DNA from: Massalongia carnosa
Taxonomy: Eukaryota
Length of the DNA: 64,000 bases
Assembly (NCBI GenBank): GCA_965645245.1
Contig: OZ287075.1
Location: forward strand, 1,488,001 to 1,552,000
Direction: 5' to 3'
The stretch's first letter is position 1. Each line of letters opens with the position of its first letter. Positions 37,279 to 51,474 of this stretch are shown here, piece after piece. Position numbers and translations under genes: made by a program. The notes under the pieces are model-generated. The model did not search any database. It was given only the letters and a program-made list of their open reading frames with translations, and was not told the DNA's origin.

Positions 37279-40200
37279 ATGACATACCACCAGGGCGATC
37301 ATGGCCAACAAGGGCAATATGGGAATTTTCAGGAGACATTACCATCCCAACCACAATATGGTGCTTTTGAACCTCAACAATCTGCCGCCAATCACTATCT
37401 CCAGAGAACACCAAGTTTTGATAGAGGAGATGATGCTTCGTATCGTCAAACGGCTGCTGGCCCCTACGAGGGACATGCATACGGTACAGGTGCCTATCGG
37501 GTGATGGAGGGCGCTGGCATGCAAAACCAAGCAACAGCGATGAGCAGGCACAGTACGCTTCCTACCCGTGGTGCGCCATATACTCCGGTGGCTGGTGGCT
37601 ATCAGCATCAAGATTTTTTACCGGCACCCAACGCTCAACCTACGTACAATCCACAACAATATGTTCCGCCACCTGCGCAATATAATCTGCAGTTCTACGG
37701 TGGCAGGGCCAATAGCGTGCACGCCGGCTATCAGCCATACGTTCCTGCGGCGTATCAACCAACTAACACAGAACCTCAGTCTGGTTACGGGGGTCAGAGC
37801 TATTCAACCCCAATGCCACCTCAACTACCTTTTCAGACGCCTCCGCTTCTGCAAAGGCCTTATGAACAACATTATGGCACCCCTGGTCTCCCACCCCTCG
37901 GAGCAGCTCCCACGAACCCCTTTCCAGGCTTTGCACCGGAATCCTCTCACCAGCAGGCACCCCTTCCTCCAATTCCAAATTCGGCCCCTCTACCTTCACG
38001 CTCCACATACACTCCACCAGCACCACCTCCGCCGCCCTTCTCGCCAAGCCGAGATGCATTTCCTTCCAACAACTTCTCTCCCACATCACCACGACCCTAT
38101 TCCCACAGAAACTCGATATCTCAGCCCTCACAACCACATATTCTTGATCGTACACCTACCCTGCAGAATCCGCTGCCTCCACTGCCAAGATATCCGTCGA
38201 ATGGACATTCTAGCCTGTCTTCCCCAAACCCCAATCCTTCTCAAACTATTTCGCCTCCTTTTGGGTCTCTTCCGCCTACGCCAGGTACCCCCGGACCAAC
38301 ACCTCCTCAACATTCTCCACAACGGATGAACACCACTGGCCGGCATCCCCAAGAGCGACCTCTTCCTGGTCCTCCTGCTGAATCAGGCCAGGGCGACTAC
38401 TTCAACGGCTTTAACAATCCAAGCGACACCGACAGCAGTGGAGAACCAGTATACGATGAGTTGATGAAAGAAGTTGAGGCGGCAGTGATGGGACGAGGGC
38501 TAACACACGACTCGAGTCAAAGTTCACGGCTTGAAAGGATCCACTCTAGACCATCCATGGGAGAATCTCAAGGTGCCCACCCGCTGTTTGCCAGCAGGAC
38601 ATACTCTAGCGCGATATCCGAGGCTGGTCATAATCACACGAATGGCCATGTAACTGGTCTTGGCTCTGGAAAATACGTCAATTATGATGCTTATAGCGAC
38701 AGAAGCGATGCAGAAGCTGAAGCTGGCTTAGCTGCCATGCACATGGCGGAACAACAGGATGCTGCTGAAGAAATTCGGAGAAATAGTGGCGCTGACTCCA
38801 GACCAGGATCTTTCAGTACCCACCAAGATTCGAGATATGAAGCCTATTTGGCTGAATTAAGTAGCGACAGTGACGTGCATGTTGATATGGATACCTACGG
38901 CGGTGGGTTCTCTGGCCATGTGCATTACGGCGATCAGCCATTATCGCAGCCGAATAGTCAAGCAAACCAGAGCGAGGCTAGCTATCAACATCGCCCTTCT
39001 TTGGGAGCAACATCCTCGCAGCGCTCAGAAATATCAAATGATGCGCTAGACGCGAGCAGAGGGATGTACGACTACTCTATACCTGATCAAGATGACATCC
39101 ATCCATTCCCAACACTGAGCGCTAGGGTTGATACTGGAGGTACGGGCGGGCTTGCGGAGCCTAGCCCGCATCCGCGCCGGCTAAGCTTCGAGGATGGTGA
39201 TGAGATCACCCTGGCAGATTCGGAGGGAGCTTATACATCTGCAACGCAGAGTCCATCAGGGGAGGGAATTCCAGACATGTTCTTTCATCCAGGTGTCAAT
39301 CAGAATCGGCCGCTTCCTCCCGCCCCAATAGGTACGATGGGGAAGAATCGTATTCCACACCTGATGCCAGCTGGAACGTATCAAAATCCAGATAGGCACC
39401 AGCAATACGACCAGTACAATCGTCCGTCATATCCTCCAGCCCCCGACGCATACAATCAGCTACTCACTCCTTCCGGTACCCCTGTACCTAGGTCTTCTTC
39501 TTTGATTAGCCATGGAAGCGCTCTCCAGACCGTACCCCCATTGCGGTCCAAGACTGATGCTGATCGAGCAAGGATTCTGAAGCAGCATCAGCTTTTGAGT
39601 GCAAGGTCAGCTTCAGTATATGGTTCGGACATGACGCCCGATTCAACAATCCCCCAAAGCGCAGAACTCCTCGGACTCCCTGAGATACCCGTAGGTAGAC
39701 GTAAGAAGTTTAACCCATCAAAACTCTCCACAAACGATTTCAAAAAGTGCCCGGAACCATGGGCCCTGAGTTCAATTGTGGCCTGGATCAAGGAGATGAG
39801 TGAAGGTGAAGCCGACCTCAAGGAACAAGCAATCATTGACGGTATTGTTGCGCTTTTCACCCACAAAGTACCCACTATGAACACAGCTGATGCAGAAACT
39901 CTGGGTGCCCGAGTGGTACGATCAATGTTTGACGCTGGCACTCTGGTCAAAGAAGAAGAATGGGTGAAGTTTGGACCGGAACCGATGACGGGAGTTTTGT
40001 TCCAAATCACAGGTACTGGCTGCTACTCTCTCCGAGTGCATTCACAGACATTGCCTGGGCGATGCTATGCTCATCATTGTATGCGAACTTTGAAGAAAAT
40101 CAATTTACAAACGCAACTCTTGGAGCCCCAACGGAAGGTGGAGGATTGGGCTACATTCTACAAAGTCACCAAGTCAAGTATCGACACTGCCGATAAGAAG

Positions 40201-42794
40201 GAGGTAGAACGCCAAAATATCCTGCATGAGATAGTTACCACAGAGGATGCCTACATGGACCAACTTAACGTCCTTCGAATACTTTACAGAGATGAGCTAG
40301 CAAAATGGCAACCCCCAATAATCACACCAAAGAGGAAAGACAATTTTCTTCGAGACGTCTTTGGGAAAGCCGACGCGGTGAAGCAGGTCAATGAGGACTT
40401 TCTACTTGCACAGCTAAAATATCGTCAGCAAGAGGAGGGCCCTTGGATCGTCGGATTTAGCAACATATTTCGTGAATGGATACGAAAAGCCAAGACTGCC
40501 TATGTGGATTATGCAGCTAGTTTTCCGAATGCAAATTTTTTGGTTCGCCAAGAATCTGATCGCAATCTCCTCTTCCGGCAGTTTCTTGACCAGATGCGAG
40601 AAGATGAGCGATCCAAGCGCTTGGGTTGGGATACGTATCTGAAGGCCCCTATCACAAGGCTTCAGCGCTATAGTCTTCTGCTTTCGTCTGTTGCGAAGAA
40701 CATGCTTCAGGATTCTGAGGAGAAGAGCAATCTTAATGCGGCGATTGAAGAGATTAGGACGGTCACGCTGGAATGTGATGCACGCGTGGCAGAAATGTCC
40801 AAGATTGTTGATCTATTAGAACTTGCTTCGAAACTCGTGCTTCGATCGGGAATGGAGAAAGTGCAATTAAATCTCACTCACTTAGGACGAACCATTATTT
40901 TCAAGGGAGATCTACAGAGGGCTGGCTCTAATAAAATCACTTGGCTGGAGACACACGCAATCTTATTTGATCATTATTTAGTGCTATCTAAGAGAGTATC
41001 CCACCGAGATGCTGCAGGAGGCTTGAAGCATGAAAAGTATGATGTTTCGAAGCTGGTAAGACGATCCAACATTCAGAACACTACCTCGATGCCGCTAATC
41101 CCGTGGGTAGCCGATTCCCATGGATCTTCTTGTTCTCGAAAGTACGAACGATGAACCTGTCGTCAAGTCGGCCAAAATCATCGGTGTCGTTGCAAACATA
41201 ACCTCCAAAGCTGCGCAACCCCAAGACGTTCGAGCTGGTCGGTCCACTCTCTCAAATCCAAATGGCACGGGTGGTCCTGGCACGCTTGCCCACACCAATA
41301 CCGCTTCTTCTACTGCTTCCAACAGCTCAGGGCCTTCGGGCAAAACTTTTGTGACGACTACCGTTCTTGACGGCGTCAAAGATGAGAAGCTCATGTTCCC
41401 GTTTCGGGTCAGACACCTCGGTAAAATTGACGTGTATACGTTGTATGCTCCTTCTGCGCAGAATCGACAAGAGTGGTGCGACAAGATCATAGAAGCAAAA
41501 ACCAGGCATGCGGCGTCGTTATTTAAACAGAACGCGGAGCCGTTTCGGTTAAGAGTCATAGCCGACACCGCCTTCGGTTATGATGCAATGTCAGGAGGTT
41601 TAAAGAGCATCGTCATTAGAGGGACTCCTCTTGACCGAGCTGTGCGGGAGGTTGAAGATGCCTTCGAAGGCAAAGGCCCTCGACCTGGACCAGTCTGCAG
41701 AGCCTCCGTGAACTGCGCTGTTGCGTTTAATCAGCCCTTTGGTAATCCCATGCTTGCTGTCGGGACTGATTTCGGCGTGTTCATCTCCGAGTATAACAAT
41801 CCTCGAGGATGGAGAAGGGTCAGCCAAAAATTACCTCCATACTTCCAAGTTGCAGTTCTAATGATTTCATTTCTAGGCTATAACTGCCAACCGCGTCACT
41901 CAAATTGCAGTGCTCGAGGAATTCTCGCTGTTTCTTCTTATCGCCGACAAGTCACTCATCGCTTACCATCTTGACTCTGTCTGCCCTGTCTCCGGAAACA
42001 CCACTGTCGCTCCTGTATCTGACGTATCATCCCGCCGCGCCCCGCAAAAACTTTCTGGAAACCGCGACGTTGGCTTCTTCGCCACCGGCCGGATGAAAGA
42101 CCGCACCCTTGTCTTCTATAAGAAACGGGAAGGCATTTCCTCTACTTTCAAGGTGCTTGAGCCCGTCTACCACAAATCTTCTACCAGTTCGCGCAGCCGG
42201 TTCGGCATCCGCAAGGGCACGACCGAGTTCTTCCGTGATTTCGACGACTTTTACATTCCGTCGGAAACATACGCCATCAATCTTTTCCACAGCAGCCTCG
42301 CCATTGCCACGGCCAAGGGGTTTGAGGTCATGACGCTAGACAAGAAGGTGCCCCTTTCGATCCCTGATCTTAAGCCGCCGGACTGTGCCTCGATTGCACA
42401 GCGCATCCGCGACCTCAAACCCTTAGGCATGTTCCGGCTCTCAGATAGCGAGTTTCTGCTCGTCTTCGAGGAGGTGGGCATCTACGTCAACAAGCATGGC
42501 GACGTGTCGCGCGCCGTCGTCATGGAGTTCGTCGGCCGCGCCCGCCAGGCGGTACTGTGCGCCGGCATGTACCTTGTGCTGGTGGACCAAGGGGGCGGCT
42601 TTGTTGAGGTCCGAAACGCTGTCAACGGCCGCTTGAGGCAGGTGGTGAGTGGGAAAGACGTGCGGCTACTGGACGATGGCATGGGCGCTGGGGCGGGGTC
42701 AAAGGGCACCGTGAAGATTTGCATGCAACATCCCGAGTGGGAGCGGTGTCAGGTTGTAGTGGAGATGATTATTAATGAAGGTTTAAAGGAATGA
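37279..42794 (+). CDS. Rho guanine nucleotide exchange factor (DH-PH-CNH; Rom2/Tus1/Rgf3 family), 3 coding exons
   Basis: Pro/Gln-rich N-terminus; DH motifs ERQNILHEIVTTE and YLKAPITRLQRYSLLL; PH motif LFDHYLVL; CNH motifs LAVGTDFGV, LEEFSLFLLIADKSL and KPLGMFRL. Confidence 0.92.
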
Positions 42795-43633
42795 AATGAT
42801 TTAGGGGGGGGAAGAAGGTTGACGGGACTCGTATATAGGTTCTCGGTTCTGGCTCTGGATCTGGGTGGGAAGATTTTTATTCTATTCTTCCTTTTCTTCT
42901 TTGTGTGGCAAGCATAGGGCTGGTCGGATAGGTTCGAACGGAGAAACGGGGTTGGGAGGTTTTGGGGGAGGGTTTTATCTGGAGTTTTTTGTATGTATCT
43001 ATGAAGGACGAACCGCTTTGGACATGCGATATGTCTGTCTGTCCAATCTGTTCGTCTAATCTAGTCTTTATCCTCGGAGTTCATTCTGTCTCTTTTTTTT
43101 ATATCTCTCTCGATCTCTGAAAAGGGGGAGAAGGAGAATACGGGGTTTGTAAATGTGAGATGCGGTTAGGATTAATTGCTTGGTTGGTTAGTTGGTTGGC
43201 TGGCTGTTCGGTTTGGAGATGTTGGGGGTGGGAGAGAGGGGGTGAAATAAAGATTTGAGTTTGTAGAAGTGGAAATTTATACTGTATGCTGTGGTTTATC
43301 GCACCGATTTAGGCCCCTTTTTTAAATTTTCATTTGTATTTTCGTATGTTCATTCATATTTGTGACGTGGGTGAGAAGAGGCAGAGGGGGAGGGGAAGGA
43401 GTAAGGAATATGGGTTGATGGCGCAACTGGGGTAACTCCCTCAATTGTGGGACTATCTGTCTATCGATTTATATATCTTTATTCCACCTTTATCCTCCTC
43501 ATCATCATAGTTATTTTACTAGCTAGCTAGCTAGCATACAGGATACGGGGACACCGGAAAAAGGAGATGTAGGAACGGGATATGATAGGATGTAGGATGT
43601 TGGTATACAAAATCGTAGCAGTCAAAAGAGGCC

Positions 43634-43651
43634 GGGGGGGGGGGGGGGGGG
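43634..43651 (+). repeat. G18 homopolymer within a G-rich tract
   Basis: Read directly. Confidence 0.9.
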
Positions 43652-46532
43652 AGGGGTTGAAAGGCGGAGATGGACGATTTCTGCGTGATGCCGGGAGAGG
43701 GGGGAAAGGGGGAGTGAGGGCATAGCCTTCTCAGGTAGGAGCTAAGGGCGGAAGTGGAGAGGTAGGGAGAGGGCGAGTGAGGTAGAGAGAGACTTTGCTG
43801 GACTGTCGATGAATGAGGACACGACACCAGAAGCTTTTCGAGGCACTGGATTTGACGAAGAGGTTGATTGCCGTGCGATGGGTGAGAATCTTTGGGTGAT
43901 AGGGTTTGGGGGGATAGGGATGAGGATAAGGATGCTTCGTTTGGGAAGGTGGGGGTTTCTAAGAGTTGGGAGGAGGAACGAGGAATGTTTCCATATACCT
44001 TAGGTATTATCGGTTCATCTTGCTGTTCTAGTCATCTATCGCATTTGTTCGGAAATCTATTCGCAAACTCATGCGACCGGGAGATGGAGGCTGAGAAGCA
44101 TTAGGAATAAGGACTAGAGTTTCGTTAGTGGGGAGGGAGATGGCTGGGTTTCCTCAAATGCTTTGGAAGGGGTTGAAAGGGAATAGGTGTTGGGGGCATG
44201 CATTCGAGTTACTCGGCTTACTATACAAGTGTATAGAATAATCTTGAAGACGAAGACCTGATCAATGTCGAGAATCTTTAACTTGGACCTGATCGTGCGT
44301 AATTAATAACTAGGTTGAATTCCTCATAACGCCGATCAAACTGTTGAATGGCCATTTGGTACTTTCCAATGCATTCAGGAATGTAGACAATATCATCTCT
44401 GTAAGTTGATTGATTGATACACATACGATCTAACCCATAAAAGAAGGCGAACAGACTTCGTTACTGGCGTAGTGAGTTGGAGTGGGTGGGTGGAAAATCG
44501 CAGGCCAGTTTGTTATTTAATTGGAAATGGACAAGAAAAGCCGGATGCACGAACAGGTAAGAGCAGAAGATCAGCCGGCCACATTTGGGGTCCTCTGGGG
44601 GCATGCAATAAAATAAGCAGAGAAGTCCAGTCTATTCGCATGTAAGTGGTTACCAACCGATGCAGTGTTTGCATTTTGGGTTCGTTCTCGAATCTCAAGC
44701 TCTTCGAACGTGGAGAGGATGTGGGGGACAATATTCCCAATCTCATTATCCTATCCAGTTTCTACCGTTTTTTGATTTTATTTTGGCATGTCGGGAACGC
44801 GAATCGACTCGGCTCAATAGAGCGCATTGCCTGCGACTAGTGTTCTGTTTGGAGCGCAGAATCTGAGCTCACTCACTTGTTAACGCCTGATGTCATGGGC
44901 TGAAAGGTCGAATGTAACCGAATGCGGCGTGACGGTAGATGGTGGGCCATGCAGGTGGATTATGCGCGCAAGCACCATTCACGGCAAAGACATTCCTTCT
45001 TTGGACTCTCATTGGCCTGAGGTTTCAAATTGAAAGGAATGCAGGAATCATCCATTCAGGAACACGAACAGCCACCCTGGCCTCCCCTTCTTGTTAAGGT
45101 TTCCTCTCATTTATGACATGCAACGGCGTACGGAGTACTCTGTTGTTGCGCACGTGGATGGATGACATGTTTTCCGCCAAAGCCTCCATTGTCAGAGTCA
45201 GTCAACACGGCTGAGAATTCATAAATGAGAAAGACCAAAAAGAAGAGAATAAGGAGAAAGAACCGGGGCGGATGATGGTGAGGCGCACGCCAAGGGGGTT
45301 ACGTCTCCTGTCATGCAGCCCATCACCGAGTGCTGGTCTTTGTCCTCTTGGACTCCCCAAGTACTCTGTATTTGACAGCTAGACAGAAGCGGTACTCCGC
45401 CCAAAGTCAGTTCTTTGGGGTTCTGCTCATTGTTCCTGCCTCGCATCGCGACGTTCCAAGCGTGCAGCGTGCTCTAGTGACGGAGTTTCCAAATTCAAGC
45501 GGAGAAGAGATACCAAGTACAGAGTAGGTAATCCATTACCTACTTCCTTCACACGGCACGCGTTGCCCATAATCAAAGAGTAAAGTAGCGTTTAGAATAG
45601 ATCATGCTCTGTAATGAGAAGGAATACAAACGAATGGCTGAGTGAGGCACTCTGTATTCTGTACGGAATACAGAATATAGAATACCTAAAGAGCCTTGGT
45701 GTTTGATATCATTACCACCAAGATCCCTCATAGGATACCTTGTATCTCTTCCGTCTGGTAAGAAACGAAGCAAGCGTGATCCGTGCTTCGTACTTTCTGC
45801 GCTATACGCTTTTCAGATATACACTATTGTTCATACTGTTTAGCGTCGGTATCATTGCGCTATGATACATACATACTCTGTACTCTGTACGCCCATACAG
45901 TCAAACATTCAACTGTTCAATCACTCAATCCAAACAGATTGCTGTTGGTGTCTGCGTCTTCCATATACTATCTCACTTTGCTCTCAGCGTTGTTACCAAA
46001 AAGCCTCTTTATTGTCGCCTGTCCTCGTGGTCACTGCAATTCTTCGCATCGGTACGGACGAGCCCCTCTGAACACTGACTTAGTGGTGGTCGTTGCTGTG
46101 TCCATCCCACTAGGGGGCTTCCTGACCATCGCTTTAGTATTTCGATCGTTTGCTCCAGCTGCTCACTACCCTGGATTGTCTGTTGGCTTTTCCCCTATGC
46201 TGAGCACAGTCATACTGAGGGCTTCCTGCGCTTTCAGCTTCTTACAGGCCATTAGTTTACCGTTGTCATAACTCAGTGCTTTTCTCGACCAAAGACTACA
46301 TTTCCCCCCTCATCAACCAACTTTGAAACCCTTTAAACACCACCGCGACTGTTCTGAATACTTATATTACACTGTGAGGGTAGCCTATCGTGCATTCCGG
46401 ATTCTTTCAGTTGGAACTCCAGCAAAAGTTTCGGTTACAGGTTTGCTCCTGTGGAACAGCTGGTGATCGACAGAAAGCATAATCATAAATGGGAATCATC
46501 CTTAACCAGGTGAAGACGGTGGTCTCCCGCCG

Positions 46533-49500
46533 ATGACGATTGGGATGGCATCGAAGATGGCTCAGCCGGAACCCCTGGCCGCGGCTTCCCTACAAATTTC
46601 GTTGGTCTCTCGGCCAAGGCTGCTCAGCCATCACTCGAATTCCCTACCCGCCACACCTTACCATCACCCTCGGAAGCTTTCCTTCAACTCTCGTTCACCA
46701 TCCCCAGAAAAAGCCAACGGTCACCGCTCCCCAAGATCGGTGCGCTCGGAGTCAGAGAGTGATGTACGCAAAGGGTTCATAGCTTCAGCATGCAAATACG
46801 AAACAGGAATGGCTCATTCGAGGCGAAGAATTCCCTATTCGGTGGGTGGAGATCAGTTAGAACGAGCCAAGACGATGCCGAAGAAATACTTGAATCCTGC
46901 AGAAGAGGGGAAACTGAGCGGAGACATGAGAGAATTGTACGACCGAATATTACCATCCAAGGAAAGCGATGAGAGAAGAGCGAAGTTCAAACAGAAATTG
47001 GAGCTTATCCTGAATGAACAATGGCCGGGAAATAATATCAAGGTCCATGTCTTTGGGTCGTCGGGGAACTTGCTCTGCAGCAGCGATTCAGATGGTCAGT
47101 AGGAGATTATGTGGCCGTGGATGTAAGCGCTGACATGAGAAGTGGATATATGTATCACCACACCAATGAAAGCTCTCGAACAGGTGTGTCTTTTGGCCAA
47201 GGCGCTCGCTGACCGTAAGTAGTGCACTGTTCTCCTCTCGAGTGGCTGTTGACTATGAGCAGACGGAATGGAACGAGTGGTATGCGTACCACATGCCAAG
47301 GTCCCAATTGTCAAAATCTGGGATCCTGAGCTGGAACTGGCTTGTGATATGAACGTTAACAATACTCTCGCGCTTGAGAATACGCGGATGATCAAGACCT
47401 ATGTCGAAATTGACGAACGTGTACGGCCGTTGGCTATGATAGTTAAGCACTGGACAAAACGACGGATTTTGAATGATGCTGGTGGGTGACTCCCGTGCTG
47501 GTCGAGTAGCTTTGGTTCTAAAGTGCAGTCGTAGCTCTTGGTGGCACCCTCAGTTCATATACGTGGATCTGCATGATTCTCAATTTCCTTCAGACGCGAA
47601 ATCCACCGGTACTTCCCTGCCTGCACCAAAGGCCTCATCAGAGACTGTTGGATACGGAGGGCAAGCCATCCTCGTTTGCCGACGATCTCACCACGCTTCG
47701 TGGCTTCGGCGAAAAGAACAAAGAAACGATAGGGGACCTCCTGTTCCATTTCTTCAGACGATATGCGCACGAAATTGATTATGAGAAGAATGTGCTTTCA
47801 GTTCGAGAGGGCAAGCTGATTTCAAAAGAAGCTAAGAAATGGCATTTGATGCAAAATAACCGGTTGTGTGTAGAGGAACCCTTCAACACAGAAAGGAACC
47901 TTGGCAATACCGCCGATGATATATCCTTCCGTGGGGTTCATCTCGAGCTTCGACGTGCCTTCGATCTCATCTCGGAAGCAAATCTTAAGGAATGTATCAA
48001 ACAATACGAGTTTCCGGCTGTGGAGGAGAAATTTTGGGAGAAGCCGCCCCCAAGGCCTATACCCGTTCTCTCGAGAAGCCGCAGCCAGTCTCAGTCAGGC
48101 CGGGGAGGTAAAACCGGGGTTGGGACACGCGGTGGGAAGCCCCTATCAAACCAGCCTCGCACGGGCCAGCAGGCTCGACGAGCATCAAGCGCGGCTGCAA
48201 TGAACAAGTTCGTCGGTCCTCATGCGGGCGCACGAAATCTTTCCAGCCAAGATCACGCTCTGCAAGCGCACTTCCAGCAGTTACACTTACATGATCAGCT
48301 TATCAACAAATATCAACTTCTACAGGCTCAGGAGCATGAACTACGGGTGATCCAAGCACAGACTCACGCTCATGCACAAGCTCATGGCGTAAGTTCGCCG
48401 TTATCCCTTGCCCAACATACTCCGAGAGATTTCTTGAGCCGTTCAGCAGCACTCAATCAAGCTTCACTCTCAGCTCCCTTGAGAGGCGGCTCGTTTCCCT
48501 ATCCCCTCGTATACCCTTCAGTGCATGGGAATCCACACCAAATAGTTCATACAAATCCCCCTTCTCCTTCCATGATGCCAGCACAGCCAGAACTGAGGCG
48601 AAAAGCTCACCGATCCTCAGCGGCTGATAGCGATTCCAACCTCAACTTGCGATCACACTCTCAGCCTGCTCGGCCCATCCCTTCAGGTTTTGCTGTGCAA
48701 AAATTGCAAGCCTTGCCAGTGAACGGCAGCGGGTTCTTTCAGTACCAGCAGGTCCGCCAACAACAGCAACAGCAGTTTTACAACGCTCTAGATGTAAACC
48801 AAGGGCAGCAGCGGCATTTTGACTACCCCCATCGAAGAACCACGCAAGGGGATACACCGTTTGAGGACAACCTACCCAAGGAATATGTCGGCTACTATGT
48901 TCATGGCTCCCCTCCATCTCGTCCTTATCGAGAAGATCCTACTCAGCGAATGCTAAGCTATAACGATTCTTACTGTTATAGGGGGGTCGCGCCTGGGATC
49001 AGCCGGTTTTTCAATGCTTCTCGATCTCCATCGCCATCACCTGCATTGCCATCAAGGGACAGATCTTTCAGCGTACGATCTGCGTCTTCAGCACCCCCGG
49101 GGCCGATACCTTATGACAGGGCTCAAAATCCAAAGTCTTCGCATCGGAGCTCTGGGCCAATCATTGTCGACGGCTCGGGTGGGTGGGAGCTACATGAAGT
49201 CCCCAGAGTTGCCGATTCTACGTCCTATTCTGCTTCGCTCTGCGGTGTCACATCCGTCTCGGAGGCTCAGGTATACGATGCTTCTTTAACGGCAACGAAT
49301 TCGCCGTATCAAGGTCAATGGCATCATGATCCTTTGAGCCGCGAAAACACCCCGTCTTATAATCACGTTCATCCAACACCTGAACCTCGTCGCATGGTGG
49401 AAACCTCTCGCAACAGCATCATAGAGCCCCTGATGAGGCGTGCTAGCACTTATGCTAGCGACCCAACAACCACACAAGCTACTAAGCGCTCGGAACAGGT

Positions 49501-50029
49501 CACCAACGGAAACGGCTTGGGCATCGACATCGAGCGTCCTCCTAAGAGACAGGTAGCTGATCATGGAACAGAAGAAATTGCTCAGCGAGGGTTTTCCCCA
49601 CCAAACGTCGATACCAAGCCTGATGTGCCGACGCCACGCTACGATTATTCTCCAAAACCCGTGCCTTTGTTATCACCCGTACGTGAAGTGAGAACGCCAT
49701 CGCCGACTGCCAACCGAAAGGAAGACATTTTCACGGAGGTTCAATACACAGGTCGATTCCGAAGCCCGGTGCATTTGGAGATCCCCTCCTTTTCAAGTCT
49801 TATGAACGGGAAGCAGAATCATATCGATGCGTTGAGCCAAACGCCTAATGGAGGACCACCAAACTTAACCGAAAGCCCCAAAGGTACCCCGCAGCCATTG
49901 ACCAACGGGTGGCAACAACCGTCCAAGAAAGGGAAGAAGAGCAAGTCAAAAAGCCAATCGTTGCACATGCCAATTCTCGTACCTGTTGAGCCATGGCCTG
50001 TGAATGAAGCTGAGCGAAAAGGTGGATGA
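46533..50029 (+). CDS. Cid1/Cid13-family non-canonical poly(A)/poly(U) polymerase (nucleotidyltransferase + PAP-associated domain), 4 coding exons
   Basis: VFGSSGNLLCSSDSD|VDICI (GS + DxD), AKVPIVKIWDP..CDMNVNN, VKHWTKRRILND, GGTLSSY and LCVEEPFNTERNLG, followed by a long low-complexity tail. Confidence 0.9.
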
Positions 50030-51474
50030 ATGTTAGCAGCAGCAATAAGTTGCGCGCAGCACAGCTTGATGGTTATAGGCTGCTATCTCCATTAGCACAT
50101 AATCTCCTGTGCGATTGTACCCTTTGTGTATTCAACATCGCATTTTCGGGTCTTCATGCGCCCATTTTGGATTTTATCACCCTTTCCGCACCGCTTCTTT
50201 GTTCACTTGCAAAAGAAACGCTTCGGCGAGCCAATGATGAAAATCCGCATCCAACCTCCTTCCTCCGATTCTTCCATCCTCTGATGTTGTCGCCAAGAAG
50301 CTTTGGCGTTGAGTGCGATGGCGTATTACATGGTGAACCAAGTCCAAGCATTCTAATCGGTTTGAGGCTTGGAATTTTCTAACCCTGGAACTGTGCGTCG
50401 ATAACCACCAGCTCTGTACAGGTCTCGGGTTTGCATGGTGGTGTGAGAAACGTGAAACTGTTTTCCTTTGGTTCTGGAAGCATGTTTGAGGGTTTCCCGG
50501 CATTCCATTTTGAGGACTGCATGGATTGACTGAAAAAGCGTGCGCATGGGGGGTTATATAACATCACTCGCAACAGGGGGGTTTGTTTGTTTTTTTCTTC
50601 TCTTTTTGATACTACCAGCGACCAGGCGACGGGGGGTTTGGTTTCCACAGCGCTGCATATTCCGGCTGAGGGTATTTTTTTTCGTTTTCCGGGTATCGTT
50701 CACAACTGTATGGGAAAAACGTAAAGGTCCTTCTGAGCTGTAGGAGCAGGAGAGTGGAAAGGGAAGGCAAAGGGAATTGGGGCGCGGCGTTTTCATTTTT
50801 CTTTCTTTTCTTTTCTTCTTGAGACCAGACAAGGGGGGTTGAGTAGGTAGGTAGGTAGGTATACAGCAGTAGAAGAATATGATTTTGAAAAAGAAAAACA
50901 AAAAACAGACGAAAAACAGCCAAGACCCCCCCTCTTTTGTCTGACATTCATGCATGCAGTGCTAGTCCATCCTCATAGCTTCACGTCTTTCGCGCCTCGC
51001 CTTAACCCTGATAAGCTGACATGAAGAAAAAGAAAGACATCTATACACGTCTAGACGAAGTAATCCGATTTTTTTTCCTTTCGGTGTTTATATTTTTAGA
51101 ATTTTTTGATAAAAAAAATTCGAGTTATTACAACCTAGATACACACATACGTACGTACGCTGCTGAAAATGCCCCGTCCGTCCGTTCATTGAACGAGCAC
51201 AACCCCCCCCTTTCCCCCTTCTCCCTTCCCCATCTCCCATCCCCCCCCCCAAAAAACAAAAATACGCCATGGATTGGGGGGAATGGGGGGACTTTCTACT
51301 ACAAAAAACATATCCCCAGGCAAAGGACAAACAAAGTAGTATAAGTTTTTGTGTGTGTGTATACTCTGACGGACGCCCTCTCCCCCCCCCCCGGAAAAGC
51401 CCGAATGCATACATAGTTAGGTACATACACCCAAACCAAACCCACGGTTTTCCATTCCCTCATCATCGTCATCG

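Noticed and set aside
37568..38352. Long alternative-frame and antisense ORFs over the RhoGEF N-terminus (and similar ones over other genes)
   Set aside because: They are shadows of low-complexity, GC-rich coding sequence with no recognisable motifs.
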